Below, one piece after another: positions 27,368-37,853 of a stretch of DNA of 49,661 bases (its first letter is position 1; each line of letters opens with the position of its first letter). The DNA comes from an uncultured Synergistales bacterium (GTDB lineage Bacteria > Synergistota > Synergistia > Synergistales > Aminobacteriaceae). The translations under genes and the position numbers were made by a program. Below the pieces are notes generated by a model. That model worked only from the letters and a program-made list of their open reading frames with translations. It was not told the DNA's origin and did not search any database. The DNA is taken from positions 1 through 49,661 of the forward strand of contig CALCQG010000001.1 of the NCBI GenBank assembly GCA_937897575.1, read 5' to 3'.

Positions 27368-28675
27368 TCAGAGGTCGTACTGCTCCTGGGCGAAGGGCAG
27401 CAGACCGAGGCGCTCAAGGGGCTCCACTGGGCACCGGAAGGTGACCATGACCACGCCGGGGGCGCGCCCTATTTCGATTGCCCCGGCGATGGTCGCCCGG
27501 TTCTTGACCTCGGGCAGCGAGAGGCCGAGGAGTTTCGACGCCCGCTCGAGTCCGTTGTCGATGGCGGCGTTCATGTTCGCCCCCGTGCCGATGAAGGTGA
27601 CGGGGGCCGTCCTCTCCACGTCCTCGACGCCCCATCGGCCCGCCAAGGTCCGGACGTGCTCCTTCTCGGCGCAGGAGAGGGGCTTCGCCAGATAGGGCAG
27701 GTCCTCCGCCACGGGGAAGAGGATGGGGCCGTCGATGGCCAGGCCCTTGACGACCTCCACCTGGAGGGTGACGATGCCCGAGACGTCGGCCGTGTGCCCC
27801 GCGATCTCGCCGTTCCCCTGGAAGGCGTGCATGTCGCCCACGTAGACGCCGCCGCCCTTGACCTTCACGGGGCAGATGAGCACCGCCCCGGCCCGGACGT
27901 GATTGACGTCCATATGACCGTCGGTCCTGTGGGCGAGCTGCTCCTCCGTCTTGGTGTACTCATGGGGCGCACCGACGAGGAATGCCCCGAAGTCCCCGGC
28001 GTTGTGCGAGTCGGGGAAGGGCAGGGACGGCGTGGTGCCGAGTTGGCCGAGGAAGGGGCGCAGACGCGTCGCCGCCCCGACGAGGTCCGACGGAGCGAAG
28101 ACAAGGATCGGGTTCTGGACGGACCGGTCCGGCTTCGCCGAGTAGCGGTCGCCCTCCTTCGCCACCCGCTCGGCCCCCTTTTTGTCCAGGGTCACCGCCA
28201 CGCCCCTCTCGTGGTCGAAGACCACGGTGTATCCGTTCGTGAAGGCAAAGGGCGAGATCTCGGCGCCGCAGGAGGCGCACCGGACGGCCTTCTGTCCGAT
28301 CCCTTCGAGGACCGTCTTGGGATGGTAGGCCCCGCAGGAGGGGCACTGCTTGGCGACGAAGGGGTCGCCCCTGAACCGCGCTGCGTCGGGCGCCTGGTCG
28401 TTGCCCGACGCCGTGGCGGCCGACGTGACGGTCACGTCCTTGATCCGGATGGCGATGGCGTCCCCCACCTCTGCCCCCTCGACGGCGACGGGGACCGTCA
28501 CCTCGTGGCCGCCCTTGAGCTCGGGCGTGATCATGGGACCCCAGCATCCGGGGGCCGTGTTCGCCACGATGTACCCGCCGTCCCGAACAGGACCGAGCAT
28601 GGGCTTCGACGGGTCCAGCACCCCGTCGGTAAATTGGTTCACGAACACCGTTCCGCTACAGGTCTTCTCTGTCAT
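27368..28675 (-). CDS. acetamidase/formamidase-family protein with inserted CxxC...CxxC zinc finger
   Basis: TAPGCWGPMITP..GGHEVT, VEGAEVGD, CPSC/CASC, DGHMD, GDMHAFQGNGEIAGH. Confidence 0.88.
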   Translation of the reverse strand: MTEKTCSGTVFVNQFTDGVLDPSKPMLGPVRDGGYIVANTAPGCWGPMITPELKGGHEVTVPVAVEGAEVGDAIAIRIKDVTVTSAATASGNDQAPDAARFRGDPFVAKQCPSCGAYHPKTVLEGIGQKAVRCASCGAEISPFAFTNGYTVVFDHERGVAVTLDKKGAERVAKEGDRYSAKPDRSVQNPILVFAPSDLVGAATRLRPFLGQLGTTPSLPFPDSHNAGDFGAFLVGAPHEYTKTEEQLAHRTDGHMDVNHVRAGAVLICPVKVKGGGVYVGDMHAFQGNGEIAGHTADVSGIVTLQVEVVKGLAIDGPILFPVAEDLPYLAKPLSCAEKEHVRTLAGRWGVEDVERTAPVTFIGTGANMNAAIDNGLERASKLLGLSLPEVKNRATIAGAIEIGRAPGVVMVTFRCPVEPLERLGLLPFAQEQYDL

Positions 28676-28867
28676 GATCGACTCCCCTCCTTGAACGATC
28701 GTCTCAATTGCTCCCCGGCATCATAGTATCATACCGTCCGCCCCTCCTATGCAGAGGCATAACCCGCACAGATACGCACCCTCCTCCTCCGCCGTTCTGC
28801 GCTCCAGACCTCTCCCGTCCGGTGGCAGAATCGTGTCGAAGGAATCATCCCTCAAGGAGGTCGCTCC

Positions 28868-29158
28868 ATGAAGCTCATCGCACCCCTGCTGCTCGTCGCA
28901 GCTCTTTTCGGCGCCCTATCGGCCGCCGCGGCCGGACCGGAGGACCTGTTCGTGTGCGGCCCATGCAGCCGCTCCTTCATCGACGAGGCCAAGGCGGTCG
29001 TGGAGGAACTGGGCGTCCCGGACCGCGTCGCCGTGAGGAAGAGTTCCTGCCTCGGGGCGTGCGACGGAGCGCCCGTCATCGAGTTCCGAGGGACGGTCTA
29101 CTCGTCCATGACGGCGGACAAACTGAAATCCCTGCTCTCCTCCGAGCTCGGCCTGTAG
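28868..29158 (+). CDS. thioredoxin-like [2Fe-2S] ferredoxin-domain protein with Sec-type signal peptide
   Basis: AGGAGG RBS; MKLIAPLLLVAALFGALSAAAA then FVCGPC...SSCLGACDGAPV. Confidence 0.75.
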   Translation: MKLIAPLLLVAALFGALSAAAAGPEDLFVCGPCSRSFIDEAKAVVEELGVPDRVAVRKSSCLGACDGAPVIEFRGTVYSSMTADKLKSLLSSELGL

Positions 29159-29193
29159 AGAGACTCCCGCATGGGACGTTCAGATGCGCCGAA

Positions 29194-29226
29194 GCGACAA
29201 GCCGGAGGATGCCTCCGGCTTGTCGC
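29194..29226. terminator. 15-bp stem-loop downstream of the ferredoxin-like gene
   Basis: GCGACAAGCCGGAGG-ATG-CCTCCGGCTTGTCGC. Confidence 0.6.
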
Positions 29227-29460
29227 ACACTCCGATGGAGTCTTCCTCTCCTGAACTCCCGTCGCCAACGCCCGAAGGAATCGCTCTTCTCGGGGAGCGA
29301 ATTCTTCCGCACATCGGCCGTTCATCTTCGAATCCGGTCCCCAGAGAGCGTACGGCTCCTTCATGAGCGAGAGCAGGTTGAGCTTCTCCATCCGGCTCGT
29401 CGAACGCGAAAGGCGACCATGCACGCCTCCGGGGCGGCCCACCCTCCAGGGCTCCGGCCA

Positions 29461-29498
29461 CACCCGGTTCTCGGCCCCACCCGGTTCTCGGCCCCACC
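29461..29498. repeat. 17-bp tandem duplication
   Basis: CACCCGGTTCTCGGCCC twice, plus CACC. Confidence 0.9.
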
Positions 29499-29554
29499 GA
29501 TCGTGGGACCCGGCACGTAGCGTGGAGGAAGACCCCTATGCCGATCTGCAGGCG

Positions 29555-31969
29555 TCATGAATGCAGGGACAGAGGCAGGGAGAGATGCCTTGCCTCGAAC
29601 TCGCCGACGGGCATCGGTCGGCCGAAGTAGTACCCCTGGATTCCGTCGCATCCGAAGGACTGCAATTTCTCCGCCTGTTCCGCCGTCTCGACGCCCTCCG
29701 CCATGGTCTTGATCCCCAACTCTTTCGCCATCATGATCACCGCGCGGACGAGGGCTTCTCCGTCCGGGCAGGGCGTCATGCCGTCCACGAGCTCCTTGGC
29801 GATCTTCAGCGTGGAGACCCTGATCTTTCGAAGATAGGAGAGGGGGGAGTACCCCGCTCCGAAATCATCGATGCTGACGGTGATACCCAGGGAGGAGAGC
29901 TCGTCGAACGCCCTGACCACCGAGGGCTCCAGGTTGAGGATGCTTCGCTCGGTGATCTCGATATCCACCCACTCGGGGCGAATATCCGTTTTCTTCACCA
30001 GATTCTTTACCCTCGAGGCGAAATCGATGGCCCCGATATACTTCGGCGACACGTTGACCCCCACTCGCAGACCGTCCGCCGCCTCGCCGCAGGTCTCCTT
30101 CCAGCGCCGGATCTGGAGAAAGGCATTCTCCATGGTCCAGTCCACGATTCTGGCTACGGCGTTGCTCTCCTCGGCGATGGGGATGAACTCGCCCGGGGAG
30201 ACGGCGCCGAAGATCCCGCTGTGCCACCGGAGAAGAGCCTCCATGCCCTTCAGTCGTCCTCCGTCCACGCTGTACTGCGGTTGATAGTACAGTTCAAACT
30301 CCTCTTCGAAATCGATGGTCTCGAGCAGGGACTGGATCTGCATCCTCCGCTTCGCGTAGGAGTGCAGTTGCTCGTTGTACAGCACGCATTTGAAATCACC
30401 GTCGATCTGCTTCGCCTCCCGAACGGAGATCTCCCCGTTCTTCAGCAGGTCGCCGAGAAAGGCCGTGTTCTTCGGGTACATGGATATCCCAAAGGCCGGG
30501 GATACCTTGAGGGAGAAGGAGTGATAGCCGAAGGGCTCCCGAAGCAGGTCGTTGATCTCCCGGGCGATGCCGATCGCGCGGTGTGCGTCCTCCAGCTCCG
30601 GAATCCAGAGGGCGAACTCATTGCCTTCAATCCTGAAAATCTCGTGCTCCGCCCCGTACCGTCGGCGCAGCCTGTCGGCGGTCTCCACGAGAAAAGCATC
30701 CGCCGTGAGGCTCCCCATCATGCTGTTGAAGTTCTTGAACTTCAGCAGGTCGATGACGATGAGCGTGGAGGGGGTCTTCGTCTCCGACTTGTACAGGTTC
30801 GTCAGTTTCTCGGCAAAGTACCGTCTGCTCAGAAGTTTGGTCAGGGGGTCCACGTTGACGATCTTCTCGAGCTCTTCATTTTTCTGCGCGAGCTCCGCCG
30901 TCCGTTCCTGGACCTTGGATTCCAGGATCCTGTTCTGATCCAGCTGGAATCTCAGAAGGAACTTGCTCTTCAGCGTCTCCTGGTAAAACAGGCTGACCAA
31001 GAAATACACCACGAGAAGCACAAGGACCGCTACCATCATTCCCTGAGGAATAAGACGTATGATGTAGAGGTAAATGCCGAACACCAGGAGCCCCGCAGGA
31101 AGATAGCTGCGCCCGTAGTTGTCCGGAAGATCCCCCTTCTCGGCCTTTTCGTCCCAGAACAGGGAGCGTTTCGCCTGAACGATTGCCTTGATGACCTCGC
31201 TCGCCCACACGAAGAGAAAGAGCGGAAGGGTGTAGAGAAGATACACCACCCCGTACTCGGTGTACCGTCCGACAATCGTCTGGGTGATGAAGACGAAATC
31301 GATGACGGAGAAGGCAAAAAGCCCCAGAATGATGACGTTGACACAGGCTCGGTTCTTGCTCTTGCGCAATGAGACGTAGGCGGACAAGACCAATATGATG
31401 GAAAAAAGGTCTAGAAAGATAAAGAGGAGCAGCAACGGAGCCACTTGAAAGAAATGGACGCCCCCCGCCGTCTCGATGATGCCGACCGCAAGGATCCACA
31501 GCACGGTCGTCATGATCAGCACGTCTATGGCGAACTGTTTCATGTCGAGGCGCTCCCGTATGGCCAGGAGGAACATGAGGCAGGCGAGGAAGACGAAGAA
31601 CGGGGGCAGCGCGAAGGTGACGAAGGAAAATGTGATGAACACCTCGGAGTCGCGGAAGAAATGGCTGGAGACCAGCCACAGGGAGGAGGCGACGCTCCAC
31701 GACACGGCGTAGAGCATAATGGAAAAACAGATCCGTTCGCACTTCTTTGAGCCGCAGGCGTGAATGGCTGTGCTGTTGCCGTACATGGCAACCGTGGCCG
31801 ACAGCGCGATCAGAGAGGCCGCAAGGCCGGAAAGAAGGCTGACATTCCACGCCATCCCGAGGACGTACGCTGCGACGAGCAGGAAGTAGATCGCGAAGAA
31901 CGGAGTTCGCGAGAAGTTTTTATACGGGTAACAACTCCATGACTGATCCAAATCAACACCAGCCTTCAC
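29555..31969 (-). CDS. multi-TM GGDEF(degenerate)-EAL protein, probable c-di-GMP phosphodiesterase
   Basis: About 10 hydrophobic segments, DPLTKL, FRIEGNEF in place of GGDEF, YYQPQ, MEALLRW, EITE, DDFGAGYS, AEGVET, QGYYF. Confidence 0.9.
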   Translation of the reverse strand: MKAGVDLDQSWSCYPYKNFSRTPFFAIYFLLVAAYVLGMAWNVSLLSGLAASLIALSATVAMYGNSTAIHACGSKKCERICFSIMLYAVSWSVASSLWLVSSHFFRDSEVFITFSFVTFALPPFFVFLACLMFLLAIRERLDMKQFAIDVLIMTTVLWILAVGIIETAGGVHFFQVAPLLLLFIFLDLFSIILVLSAYVSLRKSKNRACVNVIILGLFAFSVIDFVFITQTIVGRYTEYGVVYLLYTLPLFLFVWASEVIKAIVQAKRSLFWDEKAEKGDLPDNYGRSYLPAGLLVFGIYLYIIRLIPQGMMVAVLVLLVVYFLVSLFYQETLKSKFLLRFQLDQNRILESKVQERTAELAQKNEELEKIVNVDPLTKLLSRRYFAEKLTNLYKSETKTPSTLIVIDLLKFKNFNSMMGSLTADAFLVETADRLRRRYGAEHEIFRIEGNEFALWIPELEDAHRAIGIAREINDLLREPFGYHSFSLKVSPAFGISMYPKNTAFLGDLLKNGEISVREAKQIDGDFKCVLYNEQLHSYAKRRMQIQSLLETIDFEEEFELYYQPQYSVDGGRLKGMEALLRWHSGIFGAVSPGEFIPIAEESNAVARIVDWTMENAFLQIRRWKETCGEAADGLRVGVNVSPKYIGAIDFASRVKNLVKKTDIRPEWVDIEITERSILNLEPSVVRAFDELSSLGITVSIDDFGAGYSPLSYLRKIRVSTLKIAKELVDGMTPCPDGEALVRAVIMMAKELGIKTMAEGVETAEQAEKLQSFGCDGIQGYYFGRPMPVGEFEARHLSLPLSLHS

Positions 31970-32050
31970 TATATTGCGCGGTGCGGGCGAGAGCGTTTCG
32001 TCCCCGGCGATCCTCCTTGAGGAGGGGATCAGTCGGACACGGCGGACGCC

Positions 32051-33241
32051 CTAGGGGGCCGTCGGGAAGACGCCCCTTTCGCCGTAAACCGAGACCTGGT
32101 TTTTCCCGCCTTTCTTCGAGGAGTACATGGCGTCATCGGCCTGTTGGAGAAGCTCCTTGGCGGATACTCCGTGCGACCAGTCCGTTATGCCCATGCTCAT
32201 GGACAGCGGGATGAGGTCACCGTTTTTGCCGCGCAGGATACGCCGGGAGGCGTTCTCCTGGATCCTCCTCGCGGTGGACACCGCGTCCTCGCTGCGCACC
32301 CCCGGGAGGAGCACGCAGAACTCGTCGCCTCCGTAGCGGAAGCCCATATCCCCCGACCTCGTGCTCTCCCGGATGACATCCGCCACGAGTTTCAGAGCCC
32401 TGTCCCCCATGAGGTGCCCGTGGGTGTCGTTGATGTTTTTGAAATTGTCCACATCGATCATGATGAGAGAGAATACGCCGCCCGCTTCCCGGATTCTTCG
32501 CCGAATGTTCGCATGAAAGGAGCGCTGATTCTCCAGCCTCGTCACGTAATCCCTGTTCTGGGATTCCGTGTACAGCCGAAGAAGTTTATCCACGAAAAAC
32601 GTCGCCACGGGGATCATGACCATGAGGCTTATGAGTATGATAATCCGTACTTTCCTCAGCAGGGCGCCCAGATAGTCCGCCGAGTAGTCGACGCCCACCA
32701 GACCGACGACGGCATCGGTGACGCCGTCTTCGATGGGGGCGTACCCCGTGACGAAGCGCCCCCAGCGTTCATAGTACTGTATGCCCGTGCTCGTCGCACT
32801 TCTTGTCCTGTATGCCTCGAGGGCGGCCGCCGTGATCGCGTCCTTCGACCCCAATGGCGAAAAGTCCTCGCTTGTGGTGTCCGTACCGTCCAGAATGTAG
32901 ACCACCTCACGGTCGGACAGGACCTTCAGGGTGAACACATAGGCCGCTCCCACGTCCTCCCGTATCTCCCGCAGAGTCCTCAGCATCTTCTCGTAATAGA
33001 ATCTGTCGTAGCTCCCCTCGGTATACTGGGCAACGACCGAGAGCCTTCTGTACGACACGATGTCGAGCTCCACGAACCGGGCGACGGTGGAGGCGATCCT
33101 CTTGGCCTGATCCTCGGAATCCGCGACGACCTGGTCCCTGACGTTTGTATAGAGCATGTACTCCGGCACCGTGAGAAACACGCCAACGATCAAGGCGATC
33201 ACGGCCAATCTGAGGATTCTCCCTACCTTCGTCTCAAACAC
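32051..33241 (-). CDS. membrane-bound diguanylate cyclase with extracytoplasmic sensor domain
   Basis: Two TM segments, MIDVDNFKNINDTHGHLMGD, RSGD I-site, RYGGDEF. Confidence 0.94.
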   Translation of the reverse strand: MFETKVGRILRLAVIALIVGVFLTVPEYMLYTNVRDQVVADSEDQAKRIASTVARFVELDIVSYRRLSVVAQYTEGSYDRFYYEKMLRTLREIREDVGAAYVFTLKVLSDREVVYILDGTDTTSEDFSPLGSKDAITAAALEAYRTRSATSTGIQYYERWGRFVTGYAPIEDGVTDAVVGLVGVDYSADYLGALLRKVRIIILISLMVMIPVATFFVDKLLRLYTESQNRDYVTRLENQRSFHANIRRRIREAGGVFSLIMIDVDNFKNINDTHGHLMGDRALKLVADVIRESTRSGDMGFRYGGDEFCVLLPGVRSEDAVSTARRIQENASRRILRGKNGDLIPLSMSMGITDWSHGVSAKELLQQADDAMYSSKKGGKNQVSVYGERGVFPTAP

Positions 33242-33594
33242 CGGATGCTTCGCACCTCTTTCTCTTTCAACGTGTCCCCGCTCATCCCGGAGAGAGGATT
33301 TTCGACAATTCGTACGTTTTTAATTGTAAGTTTTATATTATACCCCCGACTCCGAGTTTTTCTTCATTCGTACTACCGATTTCCTCTCCGCATTTTTTGT
33401 TCCGGGACGGCGTGGAAAAAAGTCGGCACGATGGAGACGCGTCCGAACCCTGTTCGACGGGCTGGTCCTCCTTCCCGAAAGCTGGGTTACGGTACGTCCC
33501 TGAAAAAGAGAGTATCCACTCCGTATCGTTTCAAAGGCGCTCCGAATGCCCTATAATGGCCTTCGGACCATGACCGGCGCAGAGGAGGAATAGC

Positions 33595-34050
33595 ATGAAC
33601 AGAAGGACAATCTACTTTTTTCTCTGCCTCGTCACCCTCTCCGTGATCGCCGGGACGCTGCTCCGGCTTCGCATGACCGCGGATCAGACTCCGGCGGCAC
33701 AGAAGGTCCGCATCCTTTTCGATCCCCCTCACTATGCGGCAGAGGAGGCTGGAGAGGAGGACATTTCCGAAGCTCCCCCGGAGAGTGCGTTGGAAGACGG
33801 AACAGGAAAAAGGGTGCCCCGCTCCGGTGCACGGACCGGCACGGGCGGATCCGATCCTGGCCCAAGCGCTGCGGAGCTTGAGGCCATCGCCCGGGGCATA
33901 CGGCCGAGAAGCGGAACTCCCGGAGATATGAGCAAGGACCTGGAGGAGATGGAGCGGGAGCGTCAGCGACGGGAGAAGAAATCCCTCGACGAAATCAAGA
34001 GAGAGGCGCAGAGGAAGAGGGAGCCGAGCATCTTCGACCCCACGTGGTAG
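33595..34050 (+). CDS. hypothetical protein with N-terminal membrane anchor
   Basis: GAGGAGG RBS, TATAAT upstream, hydrophobic N-terminus, charged low-complexity C-terminus. Confidence 0.65.
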   Translation: MNRRTIYFFLCLVTLSVIAGTLLRLRMTADQTPAAQKVRILFDPPHYAAEEAGEEDISEAPPESALEDGTGKRVPRSGARTGTGGSDPGPSAAELEAIARGIRPRSGTPGDMSKDLEEMERERQRREKKSLDEIKREAQRKREPSIFDPTW

Positions 34051-34145
34051 AAGAAGTTCGGCCGGGCCGGGGCGCGTTACTCTTCCCGGTCGAGATACTC
34101 TGACGTTGGACAACGTCGGATGATCGTCCCGAGGGCGGTTTCAGT

Positions 34146-34198
34146 GAGGAGAGCGGCTCGTACCCCGCGCCATAGGCGGTGTACGAGCCGCTCTCTTC
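34146..34198. terminator. long hairpin between convergent genes (end of purA transcript)
   Basis: GAGGAGAGCGGCTCGTAC...GTACGAGCCGCTCTCTTC. Confidence 0.6.
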
Positions 34199-34280
34199 GC
34201 TTCGTTCAGGGGTGATGATCGATTCGACTCGCCGGAAAACGCTCGTCGGCCGTCTGCTTCCCCCAGACCCGTACCAGGAC

Positions 34281-35579
<1,299 letters not shown>

Positions 35580-36569
35580 CTATGGTCGTGTATCGGAAGA
35601 ATCACTGGCGACGGTCACTCCGTCTCCGTTCGACAGGATCTGGATCAGCTGGGGGACGGTCACGAAACTCCCCCCGGGAAAGGACTCCGCCGTCTGTTTC
35701 TGCAGAAAGGCCAGGGTCGCGGCCCGTGTGTGGCCGATCATGACGACCCATCCCCGTTTCTTCGCCACGGCCAGTCCCCGCTGAAACTGCTCCCGTATGG
35801 ACGACTCCGTCGTCTGGTTGTCGAGAAAGATGGAGTTATAGAGCGCCGGCACCCCGGACTCCTTGGCCTTGGCGTAGGCCACGGAGCCGGGAATCGTCCG
35901 GCTGTCCACGAAGAGGAGCGATCGCTCCTTCAGCTCGGCCATGACTGTCTCCATGACCTTTTTATCCTTCGTCGCCCGGGAGCCCCGGTGGTTGTTCATC
36001 CCGACGGCGCTCGGGAAGGCGTTCATCGTCCGCCGCATGGTCAGCGTGATGTGCTCCGCCGACATCCCCGAATCGAGAACGCCCGACTTCTTGCTCCACC
36101 TCGAGTCGCCCGTGGCGCTCATGGGCATGTGGATCAGGTAGGGGATGGCGAGCTCGTCGGCCTTCTGCGCCACATAGGACGACGCCGACTGGAAGGGGAT
36201 CACCGCCCAGGTCAGCGGGATCGTAACGGCGCCGTACTCGTCGGCCATGGCGCGCGAGAAGCCGAAGTCGTCGATGACGATCGCCGCATAGGGCCCCGGA
36301 GGAACGGGGTCCTCGACGGGCGCAGGGTCAGGTTCGGGCTCCTGGGTCGGCGTCGGGGCAGGCTCCGGCTCCGTCGTTTGGGGTGCCGGTTCGGGCTCGG
36401 CGGGCACAGACGGTTTGCCGCCCTCACCCCGCATGGGGTGATCGGCGGACGGCTGCACCCGATCACCCACGCCCGGCGCGTCGATCGGCGCGCTGCGATA
36501 GGCGGCTCCCGCCGCGAAGGCAAGGACGGCCAGCAGGAGGAGCCCCAGAATCTGCCGCGACGGTCTCAT
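35580..36569 (-). CDS. divergent polysaccharide deacetylase family protein (YibQ-like)
   Basis: Signal/TM segment, Pro/Glu-rich linker, AIVIDDFG, IHMPM, GMNNHRGS, FVDSRT, IFLDN, MIGH. Start at 36569, or at CTG 36590. Confidence 0.9.
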   Translation of the reverse strand: MRPSRQILGLLLLAVLAFAAGAAYRSAPIDAPGVGDRVQPSADHPMRGEGGKPSVPAEPEPAPQTTEPEPAPTPTQEPEPDPAPVEDPVPPGPYAAIVIDDFGFSRAMADEYGAVTIPLTWAVIPFQSASSYVAQKADELAIPYLIHMPMSATGDSRWSKKSGVLDSGMSAEHITLTMRRTMNAFPSAVGMNNHRGSRATKDKKVMETVMAELKERSLLFVDSRTIPGSVAYAKAKESGVPALYNSIFLDNQTTESSIREQFQRGLAVAKKRGWVVMIGHTRAATLAFLQKQTAESFPGGSFVTVPQLIQILSNGDGVTVASDSSDTRP

Positions 36570-36586
36570 GAGACGGGCGCTGAAAT

Positions 36587-37843
36587 TCAGGCCCCTTCCT
36601 CCCCCTTCTCGACGCTTCGCGGCCTGGTCTTCCCCGACATGGCGGCCTTCAGCTCCTCCTTCGCCTTCTTCAGCTGCGTGTCCTTCTCCGTCTCCTTGGT
36701 GACCTCGCCCTCCACGATCACGTCCGGTTCGAGGCCTACGTGGTCGATGACCGTCCCAGCGGGCGTGTAGTACCGGGCGATGGTGACGTAGACGCCCGAG
36801 CCGTCGGTAAGCCTGAACAGGGTCTGCACCGACCCCTTGCCGAAGCTCTTCTTCCCAACGGAGAGGGCCCGGTCCGTGTCCATGAGGGCACCCGCCACGA
36901 TCTCCGAGGCCGAGGCGCTGCCCTCGTTGATGAGCACCACCATGGGCAGGTCGGGCACCTTGCCGGGCGTGGCGTATATCTCGTCGTTCGCCCGCTCGAT
37001 CCGCCCCCTCATGCCCACGATGAGCGTGTCGTCCAGGAACATGTCGCAGATCTCCACGGCGCTGTTGAGCAAACCGCCGCCGTTGTTCCGGAGGTCCAGG
37101 ATGAAGCCCTTCGCCCCACCCTTCAGAACGTCGTCGAGGGCTGCCTTGAGCTCCTCGGTCGTCTTCTGGTTGAAGTGGCTCACCTTGACGTACCCGATGG
37201 TCTTGTCCATGACCTCGGACCGAACGGACTTGATCTTGATGTTCTCCCGAACGAGGTCGAACTTCCGAAGCTCCTCCTCGCTGCCGCGCCGTACCCAGAT
37301 GGTCACCGGCGTGCCCGGTTTGCCCCGGAGCTTCTTCACGACCTGCTGGGAGTCCCACCCCAGGATGACCTCGTCGCCGATGCGGATGATCTGGTCCTGA
37401 GGCTTCAGGCCCGCCTTATCCGCCGGCGTGTCCTCGATGGGGCTGATGACGAGGGTCCGGCCGTCTCTCTGGCCCACGTACATGCCGAGGCCGCCGTACT
37501 CTCCCGTTATCTCGATCTCCTCTTCCTTGAGCTCCGTCGGGTTCACGAACCGGGTGTAGGGGTCGCCGACGGCGTTCACCATGCCCTTGATGGCCCCGTA
37601 GACGAGCTTCTCCTCCTCGACGGGTTTGCTCTCGCCGTCCACCTGGTACGTCTCGATGATGGCCCGCGTCTGCCTCATGAGCCACAGGGCCTGTCCGCTG
37701 AAGGGCCCCTGATACTCGGGGCTGGTGACATCCGCGGCCATGGCCGTGAGGACGAAGCCCACAAGCACTCCGCCGAGGATTATCCCGCCGATCCAGTCCC
37801 GTACGCTTCTGAGGTGCGTCCCTCGTTTCCTCTCCATTCTCAT
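36587..37843 (-). CDS. ctpA: S41 carboxy-terminal processing protease
   Basis: DPYT, PDZ domain, LDLRNNGGG, SASASEI, FGKGSVQ. Confidence 0.95.
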   Translation of the reverse strand: MRMERKRGTHLRSVRDWIGGIILGGVLVGFVLTAMAADVTSPEYQGPFSGQALWLMRQTRAIIETYQVDGESKPVEEEKLVYGAIKGMVNAVGDPYTRFVNPTELKEEEIEITGEYGGLGMYVGQRDGRTLVISPIEDTPADKAGLKPQDQIIRIGDEVILGWDSQQVVKKLRGKPGTPVTIWVRRGSEEELRKFDLVRENIKIKSVRSEVMDKTIGYVKVSHFNQKTTEELKAALDDVLKGGAKGFILDLRNNGGGLLNSAVEICDMFLDDTLIVGMRGRIERANDEIYATPGKVPDLPMVVLINEGSASASEIVAGALMDTDRALSVGKKSFGKGSVQTLFRLTDGSGVYVTIARYYTPAGTVIDHVGLEPDVIVEGEVTKETEKDTQLKKAKEELKAAMSGKTRPRSVEKGEEGA

Positions 37844-37853
37844 GCCCCTTCTC

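Noticed and set aside
29461..29498. Repeat considered as a mini-CRISPR
   Set aside because: Two adjacent copies, no spacer, no cas genes.
33242..33594. Possible c-di-GMP riboswitch upstream of the cyclase
   Set aside because: No GEMM-like consensus visible; the region looks like divergent promoters.
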